Below are positions 8,271 through 17,522 of a stretch of 64,000 bases of DNA, in pieces. This stretch comes from an uncultured Acidimicrobiales bacterium. Lineage in GTDB: Bacteria > Actinomycetota > Acidimicrobiia > Acidimicrobiales > SHLQ01. The stretch covers positions 463 to 64,462 of the forward strand of contig CALBVK010000246.1 of the NCBI GenBank assembly GCA_937969345.1, in the 5' to 3' direction. Under the pieces are notes generated by a model. That model did not search any database, was not told the origin of the DNA, and saw only the letters and a program-made list of their open reading frames with translations. Every line of letters begins with the position of its first letter. The first letter of the stretch is position 1. A program made the position numbers and the translations under genes.

Positions 8271-10221
8271 CGACTTCGGCGGCGAGACGTGCGATGAAAT
8301 CCTCGACGCTCACGTCGCGGTCGACCTCTTGCACACCGCGCTCGTTGACACCAACCGTTGAGTTTGCGACGTCGTCGTCGCCGACGACGAGCACGTACGG
8401 AGTCTTTTCGACCTTGCCCTTGCGAACGCGTTTGCCGAGCGGGTCGGTGGCCGGGTCGATCTCGACGCGGAATCCAGATTCTTTGAACTTCGCCATGATC
8501 TCGTACGCGTAGTCCTCGTGCGCCTCAGCAACCGGAAGCACCTTGATCTGGACCGGCGCAAGCCAGGCCGGGAAGTTGCCGGCGTAGTGCTCGATAAGCA
8601 CGCCAAAGAACCGCTCGATCGATCCCATCAACGCGCGATGGATCATGACGGGACGTTTGCGCTCGCCGTCTTGGGCCACGTACTCGAGGTCGAATCTGTC
8701 CGGAAGGTTGAAATCGAGCTGGATCGTTGACAATTGCCACGCACGACCGATCGCATCGCGAACGTCGACGTCGATCTTGGGCCCGTAGAACGCGCCGCCA
8801 CCCTCGTCAACGACGTAGTCGAGGCCCTGCTTCTCGAGCGCAGCCTTGAGCCCAGCCGTCGCAGAGTCCCAGATCTCATCGTCGCCCACCGACTTTTCGG
8901 TCGGACGAGTCGACAACTTTGCTTGGAAGTCGTCAAAGCCAAAGGCCCGCAGCACGGACAGGACAAAGTCGAGCAACGAGGCAAGCTCGTCCTCGATCAT
9001 CTCTCGTGTGCAGAAGATATGGCTGTCGTCCTGGGTGAACCCGCGGCTGCGCATAAGACCATGAACAGCACCAGAAAGCTCGTAGCGGTACACGGTTCCG
9101 AGCTCGAAGATGCGCTTGGGAAGATCCCGATAGGAACGCTGATCGCTCTTGTAGATCATCACGTGGAACGGGCAGTTCATGGGCTTCGGGTAGTACGTGG
9201 CACCGTCCATTTCCATGGGCGGGTACATACCGTCGGCGTAGAAGTCGAGGTGACCCGACGTCTCCCACAGCACCGACTTCGCAATGTGCGGGCTAAAGGC
9301 AAAGTCATAGCCGCCGTGCTCGTGACGGTCGCGGCTGTAGTCCTCCATGATCTTTCGGATCAGCGCACCCTTCGGGTGCCAGACCGACAGACCAGGACCG
9401 AGTTCTTCGGGCCAGGACACGAGGTCCATCTCTTGAGCGAGCCGACGATGGTCGCGCTTCTCGGCCTCTTCGAGACGATGCAGATGTGCCTTCAGGTCCT
9501 TCTTGTTCGACCATGCCGTGCCGTAGATGCGTTGGAGCATCGGACGCTTCTCGTCGCCTCGCCAATAGGCGCCAGCGACCTTCATGAGCTTGAAGTGCTC
9601 GAGCCGTCCCGTGCTCGGCACATGGGGCCCCGTGCACATATCGAGGAACGTGTCGGAGTTGCGGTAGTAGCTAACAACATCGCCGCTTACCTCCCCAGCG
9701 TCCTCGCTCGCGGCCGCACCGCTCGCAACATTCTGAATGATCTCGAGCTTGTAGGGCTCGTCCTTAAACAGGTCGAGCGCCTCGTCGACCGACACCTCAT
9801 GACGTTCGAAGGGCTGATCGGCCTTGACGAGTTCCTTCATTCGCGACTCGATTGCGCCGAGGTCGTCGTCCGACAACGTCTTGCCATCGGGAAGGTCGAA
9901 GTCGTAGTAGAAGCCATGCTCGATCGGCGGACCGATCGCAAAGCGAGCGCCCGGGTGCAGGTCCAAGATCGCCTGCGCCATCAGGTGCGCCGTCGAATGA
10001 CGGATCGTGTGCAGGCCCACGTCATCGGAGCCCGTTACCAACGCGACAGAGGCTCCATCGTCGAGCGGAACATCCAGATCGACCTCAACACCGTCGACGA
10101 CCGCGATCAACGCAGCTTTTGCGAGACCCGGGCCGATATCGGCCGCAAGGTCGGCGGCAGTCGCCCCAGAGGACAACTCGCGGGTTGATCCATCGGGCAG
10201 GGTGACATTTACAGCGCTCAT
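8257..10221 (-). CDS. thrS: Threonine--tRNA ligase
   Basis: 654-aa ORF with an N-terminal TGS-like domain and the editing-domain motif HSTAHLMAQA. The class II core includes FSPHIAKSVLWETSGHLDFYADGMYPPM and RGFTQDDSHIF. A C-terminal anticodon-binding domain is present. Confidence 0.97.
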   Translation of the reverse strand: MSAVNVTLPDGSTRELSSGATAADLAADIGPGLAKAALIAVVDGVEVDLDVPLDDGASVALVTGSDDVGLHTIRHSTAHLMAQAILDLHPGARFAIGPPIEHGFYYDFDLPDGKTLSDDDLGAIESRMKELVKADQPFERHEVSVDEALDLFKDEPYKLEIIQNVASGAAASEDAGEVSGDVVSYYRNSDTFLDMCTGPHVPSTGRLEHFKLMKVAGAYWRGDEKRPMLQRIYGTAWSNKKDLKAHLHRLEEAEKRDHRRLAQEMDLVSWPEELGPGLSVWHPKGALIRKIMEDYSRDRHEHGGYDFAFSPHIAKSVLWETSGHLDFYADGMYPPMEMDGATYYPKPMNCPFHVMIYKSDQRSYRDLPKRIFELGTVYRYELSGAVHGLMRSRGFTQDDSHIFCTREMIEDELASLLDFVLSVLRAFGFDDFQAKLSTRPTEKSVGDDEIWDSATAGLKAALEKQGLDYVVDEGGGAFYGPKIDVDVRDAIGRAWQLSTIQLDFNLPDRFDLEYVAQDGERKRPVMIHRALMGSIERFFGVLIEHYAGNFPAWLAPVQIKVLPVAEAHEDYAYEIMAKFKESGFRVEIDPATDPLGKRVRKGKVEKTPYVLVVGDDDVANSTVGVNERGVQEVDRDVSVEDFIARLAAEVDAKS

Positions 10222-10319
10222 AGATCAAGAAATACTACCGTCTTACCGACACAACGTTTGGTGTCTATCGAGCTAGTGCAACTAGCCTCGGTGATAGCGC
10301 GGCGTACGAAGGGAAGTTC

Positions 10320-11357
10320 ATGAAGCTCAGGACCCGATCGCTAGCGGTTGCTTCGGCGACCATAATGGCCTCCACGCTGCTCGCCGCCTCGCCGGCGGCC
10401 GCGCAGGAGACATGTGGCGGCCAAGCGGCAACGATCGTCTCAGACGACGCCGTGATTCGTGGAACCGAAGGCGTCGACGTCATCGTTGCTGGCGACGGCA
10501 ACAACCGAATCGAAGCCCTAGGCGGCGACGACTTCATCTGCTCACGGGCTGGCGATGACGAGATCATCGCTGGCGACGGCGACGACTTCATCCGTGCTGG
10601 TGGCGGTGCAGACGTCGTGTTCGGCGGTGCCGGCGACGACAGCATGTTCGGCGGCTGGGGCGGAGATACCCTCAACGGCGGCGACGGAATCGACCGCATC
10701 TGGGGCGAACAAAACCAGGACATCCTCAATGGCGGAGGCGGCGACGACATCATTCGTGGCGGCTTCGCGATCGACATCATGAACGGCGGCGCAGGAAACG
10801 ATCTCATGGTCGCCGGCTTTGGCCGTGACGAGGTCTTCGGAGGCCTCGGAGACGACCGCATGTACGGCCAGGGCTACGCCGACGTCATGGACGGCGGCTT
10901 CGGCAACGACTGGATCCACGGCGGCCCCGGCCCCGACGACATCCTCGGTGGCCGCGGTAGCGACACGATCATCGGCGGACCCGACGACGACTTCTTGCTC
11001 GGCGATGACGGCAAACAATACGACGAAGGTGGCACCACGATCACCCACCCCGGCGAGGCCGACATCATCAACGGCGGTCCGGGGAACGACTACCTCGGCG
11101 GCGAGGGTGGCAACGACATCTTGTTGGGCAACCAAGGACTCGACGTCGTCGACGGCTTCCACGGAAACGATCGGGTCGAGGGCAACCTCGCAAACGACCT
11201 ACTCAGCGGAGGCGCAGGCAACGACGTGCTCATCGGTGGCAATGGTGCCGACAAGTGCTGGCCAGAGTTCGTCGTCGTAAGCGCAGGCGTCGTCCCGCCG
11301 ATCAACGCCAACGACAGCACCCGAGAGTGTGAACAGATCAACCAGATCCTGAACTGA
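10320..11357 (+). CDS. Secreted calcium-binding protein with RTX-like (hemolysin-type GGxGxD) repeats
   Basis: Sec-type signal MKLRTRSLAVASATIMASTLLAASPAAAQ. It is followed by more than 20 degenerate nonapeptide repeats (GGDDFI, GGAGDDSMFGGWGGDTLNGGDGIDRIWG, GGPGNDYLGGEGGNDILLG ...). Confidence 0.8.
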   Translation: MKLRTRSLAVASATIMASTLLAASPAAAQETCGGQAATIVSDDAVIRGTEGVDVIVAGDGNNRIEALGGDDFICSRAGDDEIIAGDGDDFIRAGGGADVVFGGAGDDSMFGGWGGDTLNGGDGIDRIWGEQNQDILNGGGGDDIIRGGFAIDIMNGGAGNDLMVAGFGRDEVFGGLGDDRMYGQGYADVMDGGFGNDWIHGGPGPDDILGGRGSDTIIGGPDDDFLLGDDGKQYDEGGTTITHPGEADIINGGPGNDYLGGEGGNDILLGNQGLDVVDGFHGNDRVEGNLANDLLSGGAGNDVLIGGNGADKCWPEFVVVSAGVVPPINANDSTRECEQINQILN

Positions 11358-11535
11358 TCGGCAAAGGCCGGGCGGCTCCGCCGCAATTCTCCGGCCTTCG
11401 CGGATCAGCCTGCTCGTCCCCTCCGGGAGGACGTTGTATTGCCTTACCCCTTCGGGGATCGGCAAACTCGAGTTTGTCGCTGACGCTCCAAACATCGCCG
11501 ACGGCTCTTCAGGAACAGTAGGCGTTGGTCGGTTG

Positions 11536-12687
11536 TTATAGGGCTATTCCTAGTAGGGCGGCGGCTGCTTTTGTTCCGTGTCCTGTGGCTGCTGCTTCGT
11601 CGATCGCTGCGAGTGCTGTCGGGACGTCGAGGTCGTCATCGAGCGCCTCGCGTACTGCATCGAGCGGACCTTCCCCAGAACCCGCTGCCCGCCAGCGAGC
11701 GAGTCGGTCTGTCGCCTCCAACAACAGCTCGTCCTTCCACTCCCACTCGGTCGTGCGATAGTGCTGAGACAGCACAGCGAGACGCACCACCATCGGGTCG
11801 TGGTTCGCGATCAGGTCGTGCACAAAGATCAGGTTGCCGGTCGACTTCGACATCGGCTCCCCCTCGAGGTGAACGCACGATTGGTGTGTCCAATGCCCCG
11901 TCGATGGGACCCCTGCGGAGTCGAGTTGGGCCGCGCAGAACTCATGATGTGGATAGACCAGATCACACCCCCCTCCGTGCAGATCCATGGTGCCGAGCTC
12001 GCGCATGGACAGAGCCGTGCACTCGATGTGCCATCCGGGGCGACCGCTCCCCCACGGCGCCTCCCACGACGGTTCGTCGAGCGCCGATGGTTGCCACACG
12101 ACCGTGTCGAGCGGATGTTTCTTGCGACGATCGGTTGGATCCTCGCCGCGCCGCTCGCCGATCGTGCGCATGTCGACTCGCGTGTATCCGCTGATCGACC
12201 CAAAGCCGGTCGACGCATGGTGGTCGAAGTAGACCCACCCGTCGACCACATAGGCGGCACCGTCGTCGAGCATGCGCGAGATCAGTCCGCGAATGTCGGG
12301 AATTGCTGAGGTGGCTCTGGGCTCACTCCATGGTTCGAGCACCCCGAGCGCCTCCAGGTCGTCATCGAAGCGTCGCTTCTGTCCGAACGCAAGGTCGAGA
12401 TAGTTGACCCCGTCGCGCCGGGCACGTTCGAGTAAATCGTTGTCGATGTCGGTGATATTTCGCACCATACGGACCTCGTGACCCCGGTCGACCAGACGCC
12501 GATGCAGCACGTCGTACGTGACATAGGTGGCCGCGTGCCCCATGTGCGTCGAGTCATATGGGGTGATGCCGCAGATGTAGATCCTGGCGATCGAACCCGG
12601 CGAGAAGGGACGGACCATCCCGGTCGCCGTGTCGTAAAGCTGCATGTCGACCATGCGATTGACGCTAGCGGGCGAGCTCGCTCGCAC
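11536..12687 (-). CDS. mshC: Cysteine:1-D-myo-inosityl 2-amino-2-deoxy-alpha-D-glucopyranoside ligase (mycothiol ligase MshC; CysRS paralog)
   Basis: Class I synthetase core ICGITPYDSTHMGHAATYVTYDVL and a KMSKS-like PMSKSTGN. At 383 aa it lacks the CysRS anticodon-binding C-terminus, as MshC does. Starts at 12654 or 12645 are also possible. Confidence 0.75.
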   Translation of the reverse strand: MRASSPASVNRMVDMQLYDTATGMVRPFSPGSIARIYICGITPYDSTHMGHAATYVTYDVLHRRLVDRGHEVRMVRNITDIDNDLLERARRDGVNYLDLAFGQKRRFDDDLEALGVLEPWSEPRATSAIPDIRGLISRMLDDGAAYVVDGWVYFDHHASTGFGSISGYTRVDMRTIGERRGEDPTDRRKKHPLDTVVWQPSALDEPSWEAPWGSGRPGWHIECTALSMRELGTMDLHGGGCDLVYPHHEFCAAQLDSAGVPSTGHWTHQSCVHLEGEPMSKSTGNLIFVHDLIANHDPMVVRLAVLSQHYRTTEWEWKDELLLEATDRLARWRAAGSGEGPLDAVREALDDDLDVPTALAAIDEAAATGHGTKAAAALLGIAL

Positions 12688-12752
12688 AGATGACCGGACA
12701 CATCGGCAGCACCGGCGTGGACGAAGCGACCGACCTGAGCAAGACTGCGTCC

Positions 12753-13520
12753 ATGGGATTGCTCGAAGGCAAAAATGTTCTAATAACCGGCGTGCTCACA
12801 GACGCATCACTCGCGTTTGGGGTGGCGCAGCTCGCACAGGCGGAGGGGGCAAACATCATCCTGACGGGAGCTGGTCGTGGCCTTAGCTTGACCAGTCGCA
12901 CCGCTCGAAAGCTCGACGTTGAACCCGAGGTCCTCGAGTTCGACGTCACCGACCCAGATCACGTGGTTGCGCTGCGCGATCGGCTCGAATCGACCTGGGG
13001 CCGGGTCGACGCCGCACTCCATGCCATCGGCTTTGCTCCCGAATCCTGTCTCGGCGATGACTTCATGGCCGCCCCTTGGGAAGACGTGAAGGTCGCGCTC
13101 GAAATCTCCGCGTACAGCTACAAGACGCTGGCCGAGGTCGTGACTCCGCTCATGACGGACGGCGGTTCGGTCGTCGGGCTCGACTTCGATGCGACCGTGA
13201 GCTGGCCCGCCTACAACTGGATGGGCGTGGCGAAGGCAGCGCTCGAGTCCACGAACCGATACTTGGCCAAAGCCCACGGCCCGAACAACATTCGATTCAA
13301 CCTCGTCGCGGCCGGACCGATTCGCACCATCGCGGCAAAGTCGATTCCGGCGTTCTCAAAATTTGAAGACGTGTGGGACGACAAGGCACCGCTCGGTTGG
13401 GATGTTCGCGACAGCTCCGCAGTCGCCCGATCGACGGTAGCGATGCTGAGCGATTGGTTCCCCGCGACGACCGGATCGATGATTCACGTCGACGGCGGCT
13501 ACCACGCCATGGGCGCCTAG
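12753..13520 (+). CDS. fabI: NADH-dependent enoyl-ACP reductase (InhA/FabI type)
   Basis: MGLLEGKNVLITGVLTDASLAFGVAQLAQAEGANIILTG ... ISAYSY ... PAYNWMGVAKAALES ... NLVAAGPIRT is collinear with M. tuberculosis InhA as I remember it ([23 protein letters not shown]...). The track ORF begins at 12690; ATG 12753 matches the InhA N-terminus. Confidence 0.85.
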   Translation: MGLLEGKNVLITGVLTDASLAFGVAQLAQAEGANIILTGAGRGLSLTSRTARKLDVEPEVLEFDVTDPDHVVALRDRLESTWGRVDAALHAIGFAPESCLGDDFMAAPWEDVKVALEISAYSYKTLAEVVTPLMTDGGSVVGLDFDATVSWPAYNWMGVAKAALESTNRYLAKAHGPNNIRFNLVAAGPIRTIAAKSIPAFSKFEDVWDDKAPLGWDVRDSSAVARSTVAMLSDWFPATTGSMIHVDGGYHAMGA

Positions 13521-14369
13521 TTGTCGAACACACCGCGCCTTCTCATCTTTGGAGGCACAGGGTTTCTCGGAGGTCGTCTCTGTTTCCACGCGGCCGAACT
13601 CGGTTGGACCGTCGATGCAACGCACTTATCGAGCCCACCGTCACCTACGGAGCGAGTGAGTTGGCATCGCTGCGACATCGTCGAGCCGCTCGCTGTCAAC
13701 GCCCTGATCGACCGGGTAGGGCCAACCCACATCATCAACGCCGCATATCGCCAACGAGAGCGAGTGTCCAACATCTGTGCCGATGCTCCCGAGACCATCG
13801 CTCTGCGGGCTGCACGCAGCGGGATTCGGTTCGTTCAGTTATCGACCGACCTCGTTTTCGACGGGTCCCTCGGCCGCCGATATCGCGAGGACGACGCGGT
13901 GTCGCCGCTCGGTGAGTACGGGCAGGCCAAGGCTGAAGGCGAGGTTCGTGTGCGTTCCGCCGACCCGACCGCGGCGATCATCCGGACATCGCTGATCTAC
14001 GGAGACCCCAGCGCCCCTCAGGAGCAACTCGTCCATCGGGCGGTTCACGACGGCGACATCGCGTTCTTCACCGATGAGTACCGAACCGCCGTCCATGTCG
14101 ATGACCTCGCCCAAGCCACCCTTCAGATCACCAGCTCGGACGTTATGGGGGTAATTCACGTGGCAGGAACCGAACGCCAGAACCGACTCGAGTTGGCGAC
14201 GGTGCTCGCCTGCGCACTCGGTCTCGACGTTGAAAGACTTGTCGGCCGCACACAGGACCCACAGCTCGGCCCGCGTGCGAGCGATGTCAGTTTGGACACC
14301 ACGCTCAGCGCCTCACTCGGAATCACGTTGCCCGGGCCGACCGCACGGCTCGCTGCCGGCTATTCCTGA
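13521..14369 (+). CDS. NAD(P)-dependent SDR, RmlD (dTDP-4-dehydrorhamnose reductase)-like
   Basis: Rossmann motif LLIFGGTGFLGGRL, RmlD-like length (282 aa), and YGQAKAEGE (YxxxK). The TTG start directly follows the fabI TAG. Confidence 0.65.
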   Translation: MSNTPRLLIFGGTGFLGGRLCFHAAELGWTVDATHLSSPPSPTERVSWHRCDIVEPLAVNALIDRVGPTHIINAAYRQRERVSNICADAPETIALRAARSGIRFVQLSTDLVFDGSLGRRYREDDAVSPLGEYGQAKAEGEVRVRSADPTAAIIRTSLIYGDPSAPQEQLVHRAVHDGDIAFFTDEYRTAVHVDDLAQATLQITSSDVMGVIHVAGTERQNRLELATVLACALGLDVERLVGRTQDPQLGPRASDVSLDTTLSASLGITLPGPTARLAAGYS

Positions 14370-15403
14370 TCGGTCTCGTCGTAGATCTCTCCGACGAGTT
14401 CTTCGAGAACATCTTCGAGCGTCGCCATCCCAACGACCTTGCCGTGGGCGGTCACCAATGCCATGTGCCGGCGATTGCGTTGCATGACGAGCAACATGTC
14501 CTCGACCGTTTGTTCAATGCCGATCTTCGGCATGCGACGAACGAGCTCGAGCGGCACGACATCGGTTGTTGCCTCGGCCGGCAGTCGGACGAGATCCTTT
14601 GCGTGTACGAATCCGCGGAAGTCATCACCGACGGTCTGACGAATCGGGATTCGACTGTGCCCTTTGGAAACGACGAGCGCTTCGACGTCGGCGACTGTCG
14701 CGGTCAGTGAAACAGACACGATCTCGTCGAGCGGGATCATGACCGATTGCACCCGGATGTCACCAAAGTCGAGCGCTCCGGTAATCAGCGCATGCTCCTG
14801 TTCCTCGACGAGGCCCTCTTCGCGAGATACATCGAGCAACCGCACAAGCTCGGTCGGCGTCGATGCCTTGTTTAGGCCCGCATCGGGATCGACCCCGGCG
14901 AGACGGAGCAATGGACGGGCGAGCAGCTTGAGCACCCAAATGATCGGACTCACGAGGGTCACGATGACGGCATGTATCGGAGCGAGGAATCGGGCCGAAG
15001 TCTCGGGCGCTGCGATGACCACATTCTTTGGCACCATCTCTCCAAAGACGGTGTGTACGAACACCACGATGAACAGCGCAACGACAAACCCAATGCTGTG
15101 GAGCAGGCTCTCGGGAATCTCGATGACCGATGAGAGCACGGACTCGATGATGTGCGCGACTGCCTGCTCGGCGATCAGACCCAAGATCAACGATGCAATG
15201 GTGATGCCCAGCTGAGCGGCGAAGAGCTGTTGGGTGATGTTCTCGACCGATTCCGATGCGACCTTCGCGCCTCTCGCCCCATCTTCGGCCATTGCTTCGA
15301 GCTTCGTTTGCCGACTGGCAACGAACGCCAGCTCGACGCCAACGAAAAAGCCATTAATCACGATGAGAAACAGGGAGATGACGAGTGCGAGCGACGTGCT
15401 CAT
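14360..15403 (-). CDS. CNNM/DUF21 transmembrane protein with CBS pair (hemolysin-family, no CorC_HlyC domain)
   Basis: N-terminal DUF21-type TM region (FLIVINGFFVGVELAFVASR) followed by two CBS-like repeats. ATG at 15403 overlaps the stop of the upstream paralog (ATGA). Confidence 0.8.
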   Translation of the reverse strand: MSTSLALVISLFLIVINGFFVGVELAFVASRQTKLEAMAEDGARGAKVASESVENITQQLFAAQLGITIASLILGLIAEQAVAHIIESVLSSVIEIPESLLHSIGFVVALFIVVFVHTVFGEMVPKNVVIAAPETSARFLAPIHAVIVTLVSPIIWVLKLLARPLLRLAGVDPDAGLNKASTPTELVRLLDVSREEGLVEEQEHALITGALDFGDIRVQSVMIPLDEIVSVSLTATVADVEALVVSKGHSRIPIRQTVGDDFRGFVHAKDLVRLPAEATTDVVPLELVRRMPKIGIEQTVEDMLLVMQRNRRHMALVTAHGKVVGMATLEDVLEELVGEIYDETDQE

Positions 15404-16779
15404 GCCGTGTGCTCCACCAGCGGTGACGGGGCAACGAGTCGTATCGATGCGACACGCAACCGGTCCATCGCCACGACCTCGAAGCGCCACTCATCGCGTG
15501 AGAACCGTGCACCGGGAGACGGGATCCGTCCGAGCTCGTCGAGGACGAACCCTGCCAGTGTCTCGTATTCGCCCTCGGGCATCTCAAAGCCACACGCATC
15601 GAGGACCTCGTCATGGTGCAATGCTCCGGAGATGAGGTAGGTCCCCTCCCCTTCGACGGTGGTCAATGCCGTTGGCGGACTGTCGTACTCGTCGTCGATT
15701 TCGCCAACGATCTCTTCGAGGATGTCCTCGAGGGTAATAATCCCTGCTGTTCCCCCATGCTCGTCGACCACCACAACGAGGTGGTTGCGCGACTCCCGCA
15801 CTCCCTGAAGGAGCACATCGAGATCGACGGACTCGGGGATGAACACGGGTTCGCTCATGAGTTCGGTTACCGGTGTGGTTGCTCGTGCGTCTCTGGCGAC
15901 CCCGTGAATTGCCTTGATGTGCACCACACCGAGCACATCGTCGGCGTCGTCTCCGTACACCGGAAAACGGGACCGCCCGGACCGAGTGGCGAGCTCGACG
16001 AGGTCAACGCCGGTTGAGTGACGATCGAGCGCGATGACCTCGACCCGCGGGATGAGTGCTTCGGCGGCGGTCTTGTCGCTCAGCCGGATGCTGCGGGTCA
16101 ACAGCGCGACGTCTTCTTGATCGAGGATGCCCTCCTCGCCCGACGTGACGATCAGCCGACCGATCTCGTCGAGCGAGCGCACATGTTCGAGTTCTTCGGC
16201 AGGCTCCATACCGAGGCGTCGAACAATGGCGTTCGCCGCTGCGTCGAAGCCCAAGATGATCGGCTTTGCGATCGTGCCCCACGCCACGATTGCGGGGCCG
16301 AGCAGAATCGACACATCGAAGGGTCGGTCGATCGCAATGGTCTTGGGAACCAATTCGCCCACGACCATCTGAAAGACCGTCGCCATCGCTACCGCCAAGA
16401 CGACGGACAGTCCCGAGATTGCTGTTCCGCTGACGACGCCGCCGAGCACTCGTTCGATCTGGCTTGCCAGCGTCGGTTTCGCTATGAAGCCGAGAATCAG
16501 GGTGGAGCCGGTGATACCGAGCTGTGCACCAGACAAGTGGTACGACAGGTTTCCGACCAGCTTCTGCACGCGGGTTGCTGAACGAGACCCGCGCTCGGCC
16601 TCTTCGTTAATCCGCGAACGGTCGACGGCGATCAAACCAAATTCGGCCGCCACAAAGAATGCGTTCGCCGAGACGAGCAGTGCTACTGCCAGGAAGCCAA
16701 GTATGGTGCCGATGGCGCAGAGGCTAGCGGTCCTCGGGTGTCCAGCGAAGCCGAAGCCTGAACCGGCGCACGGCCGCAC
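15400..16779 (-). CDS. CNNM/DUF21-CBS-CorC_HlyC family protein (putative divalent-cation efflux, hemolysin-family)
   Basis: DUF21 region (ANAFFVAAEFGLIAVDRSR), a CBS pair, and a C-terminal CorC/HlyC-like domain (YLISGALHHDEVLDACGFEMPEGEYETLAGFVLDELGRIP). Confidence 0.8.
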   Translation of the reverse strand: MRPCAGSGFGFAGHPRTASLCAIGTILGFLAVALLVSANAFFVAAEFGLIAVDRSRINEEAERGSRSATRVQKLVGNLSYHLSGAQLGITGSTLILGFIAKPTLASQIERVLGGVVSGTAISGLSVVLAVAMATVFQMVVGELVPKTIAIDRPFDVSILLGPAIVAWGTIAKPIILGFDAAANAIVRRLGMEPAEELEHVRSLDEIGRLIVTSGEEGILDQEDVALLTRSIRLSDKTAAEALIPRVEVIALDRHSTGVDLVELATRSGRSRFPVYGDDADDVLGVVHIKAIHGVARDARATTPVTELMSEPVFIPESVDLDVLLQGVRESRNHLVVVVDEHGGTAGIITLEDILEEIVGEIDDEYDSPPTALTTVEGEGTYLISGALHHDEVLDACGFEMPEGEYETLAGFVLDELGRIPSPGARFSRDEWRFEVVAMDRLRVASIRLVAPSPLVEHTA

Positions 16780-16809
16780 ACGCGATGTTGATGCTGGGTC
16801 CGTTGGGAA

Positions 16810-17466
16810 CTAGTCGTCGAGCGCGCAGATCGTCGGGCGCACGACCATCAGCGTGCCGGCTGCGACCCGGATTGTCGCTTCTTCGCCGACGAACTCGTTG
16901 CTCACGCCTCGAGTGCTGGCGCCGCTAAGCGTTTCTGCGTCGAGCTCCCAACGCAGGCCGGTGGTCGACACTCCCTCGGCGTCACCAAACCGGGGAAGCA
17001 GCGAAACGAGGTCTCCTGGCTTGCCGGTCAGGTCGACCGATGCGTGCGTGTCTGCGTGGAGCACCGTTGCCCATCCGGCCATCGTGTGCACGTCGACACG
17101 AGCCGAGCGCTGGCCGCACAGCGTGGCCCAGTTTCCGAGTTCGTGATCGAGTCGGCCTCCGTCGACCCCAACCGCAACGATTCGCTCCACGCCGGTGTGT
17201 TCGGCGCGTTCGAGTGCGAGCTCGAGGTCGGTGGCATCTTTGTCGGCCGGGTGTTCGAGCACATCGGCCCCCTCGGCGCGTGCCCATGCCAGGTCGCCAT
17301 CCGAGGCAGAGTCGAGGTCTCCGACGACGAGGTGGATCGGGAGGCCGTGGGTACGGGCAATGCGAACACCGCCGTCAGCGGCGATAATCACCTCGGCTTG
17401 ATCGGCCCCGTCGAGAAGCCGTTTATCGGGGATTGTGCCACCGACGAGAACGACTGCAAAGCTCAT
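16810..17466 (-). CDS. Thiamine pyrophosphokinase
   Basis: N-terminal AVVLVGG...IIAADGG...PIHLVVGDLDS and ADKDATDLELAL motifs typical of TPK, with a C-terminal thiamine-binding beta domain of appropriate length. Confidence 0.7.
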   Translation of the reverse strand: MSFAVVLVGGTIPDKRLLDGADQAEVIIAADGGVRIARTHGLPIHLVVGDLDSASDGDLAWARAEGADVLEHPADKDATDLELALERAEHTGVERIVAVGVDGGRLDHELGNWATLCGQRSARVDVHTMAGWATVLHADTHASVDLTGKPGDLVSLLPRFGDAEGVSTTGLRWELDAETLSGASTRGVSNEFVGEEATIRVAAGTLMVVRPTICALDD

Positions 17467-17522
17467 GTTGCAAGGCTAGTAATGCCGCGTCGAGGACGCA
17501 CGGCGACGAGACGTCGGTCTGG

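Noticed and set aside
8734-10188. Long antisense ORFs opposite well-supported genes. Examples: 484 aa opposite thrS; 30371..31678 opposite the LarA-like gene; 60574..61824 opposite recA; 43655..44938 opposite the S8 protease; 38752..39741 opposite acn/LysR; 1803..2813; 7134..8021.
   Set aside because: These are the usual stop-poor shadow frames of high-GC DNA. The translations are Arg/Gly/Pro/Ala-rich and carry no motifs, while the opposite strand encodes clearly recognisable proteins.
10265-10861. 198-aa Ser/Pro-rich ORF antisense to the RTX-like gene. A similar one lies at 45298..45639 opposite the protease's repeat region.
   Set aside because: The periodicity simply mirrors the GGxGxD repeat codons on the coding strand.
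13518-13523. fabI and the RmlD-like gene lie in the same frame, separated only by TAG followed by a TTG start, which could allow a read-through fusion. Likewise 62761-62769 between the di-iron ORF and the DUF817 gene.
   Set aside because: Same-frame adjacency has a 1-in-3 chance. There is no read-through context or structure, and the two domains are not known as a fusion. Treated as coincidence.
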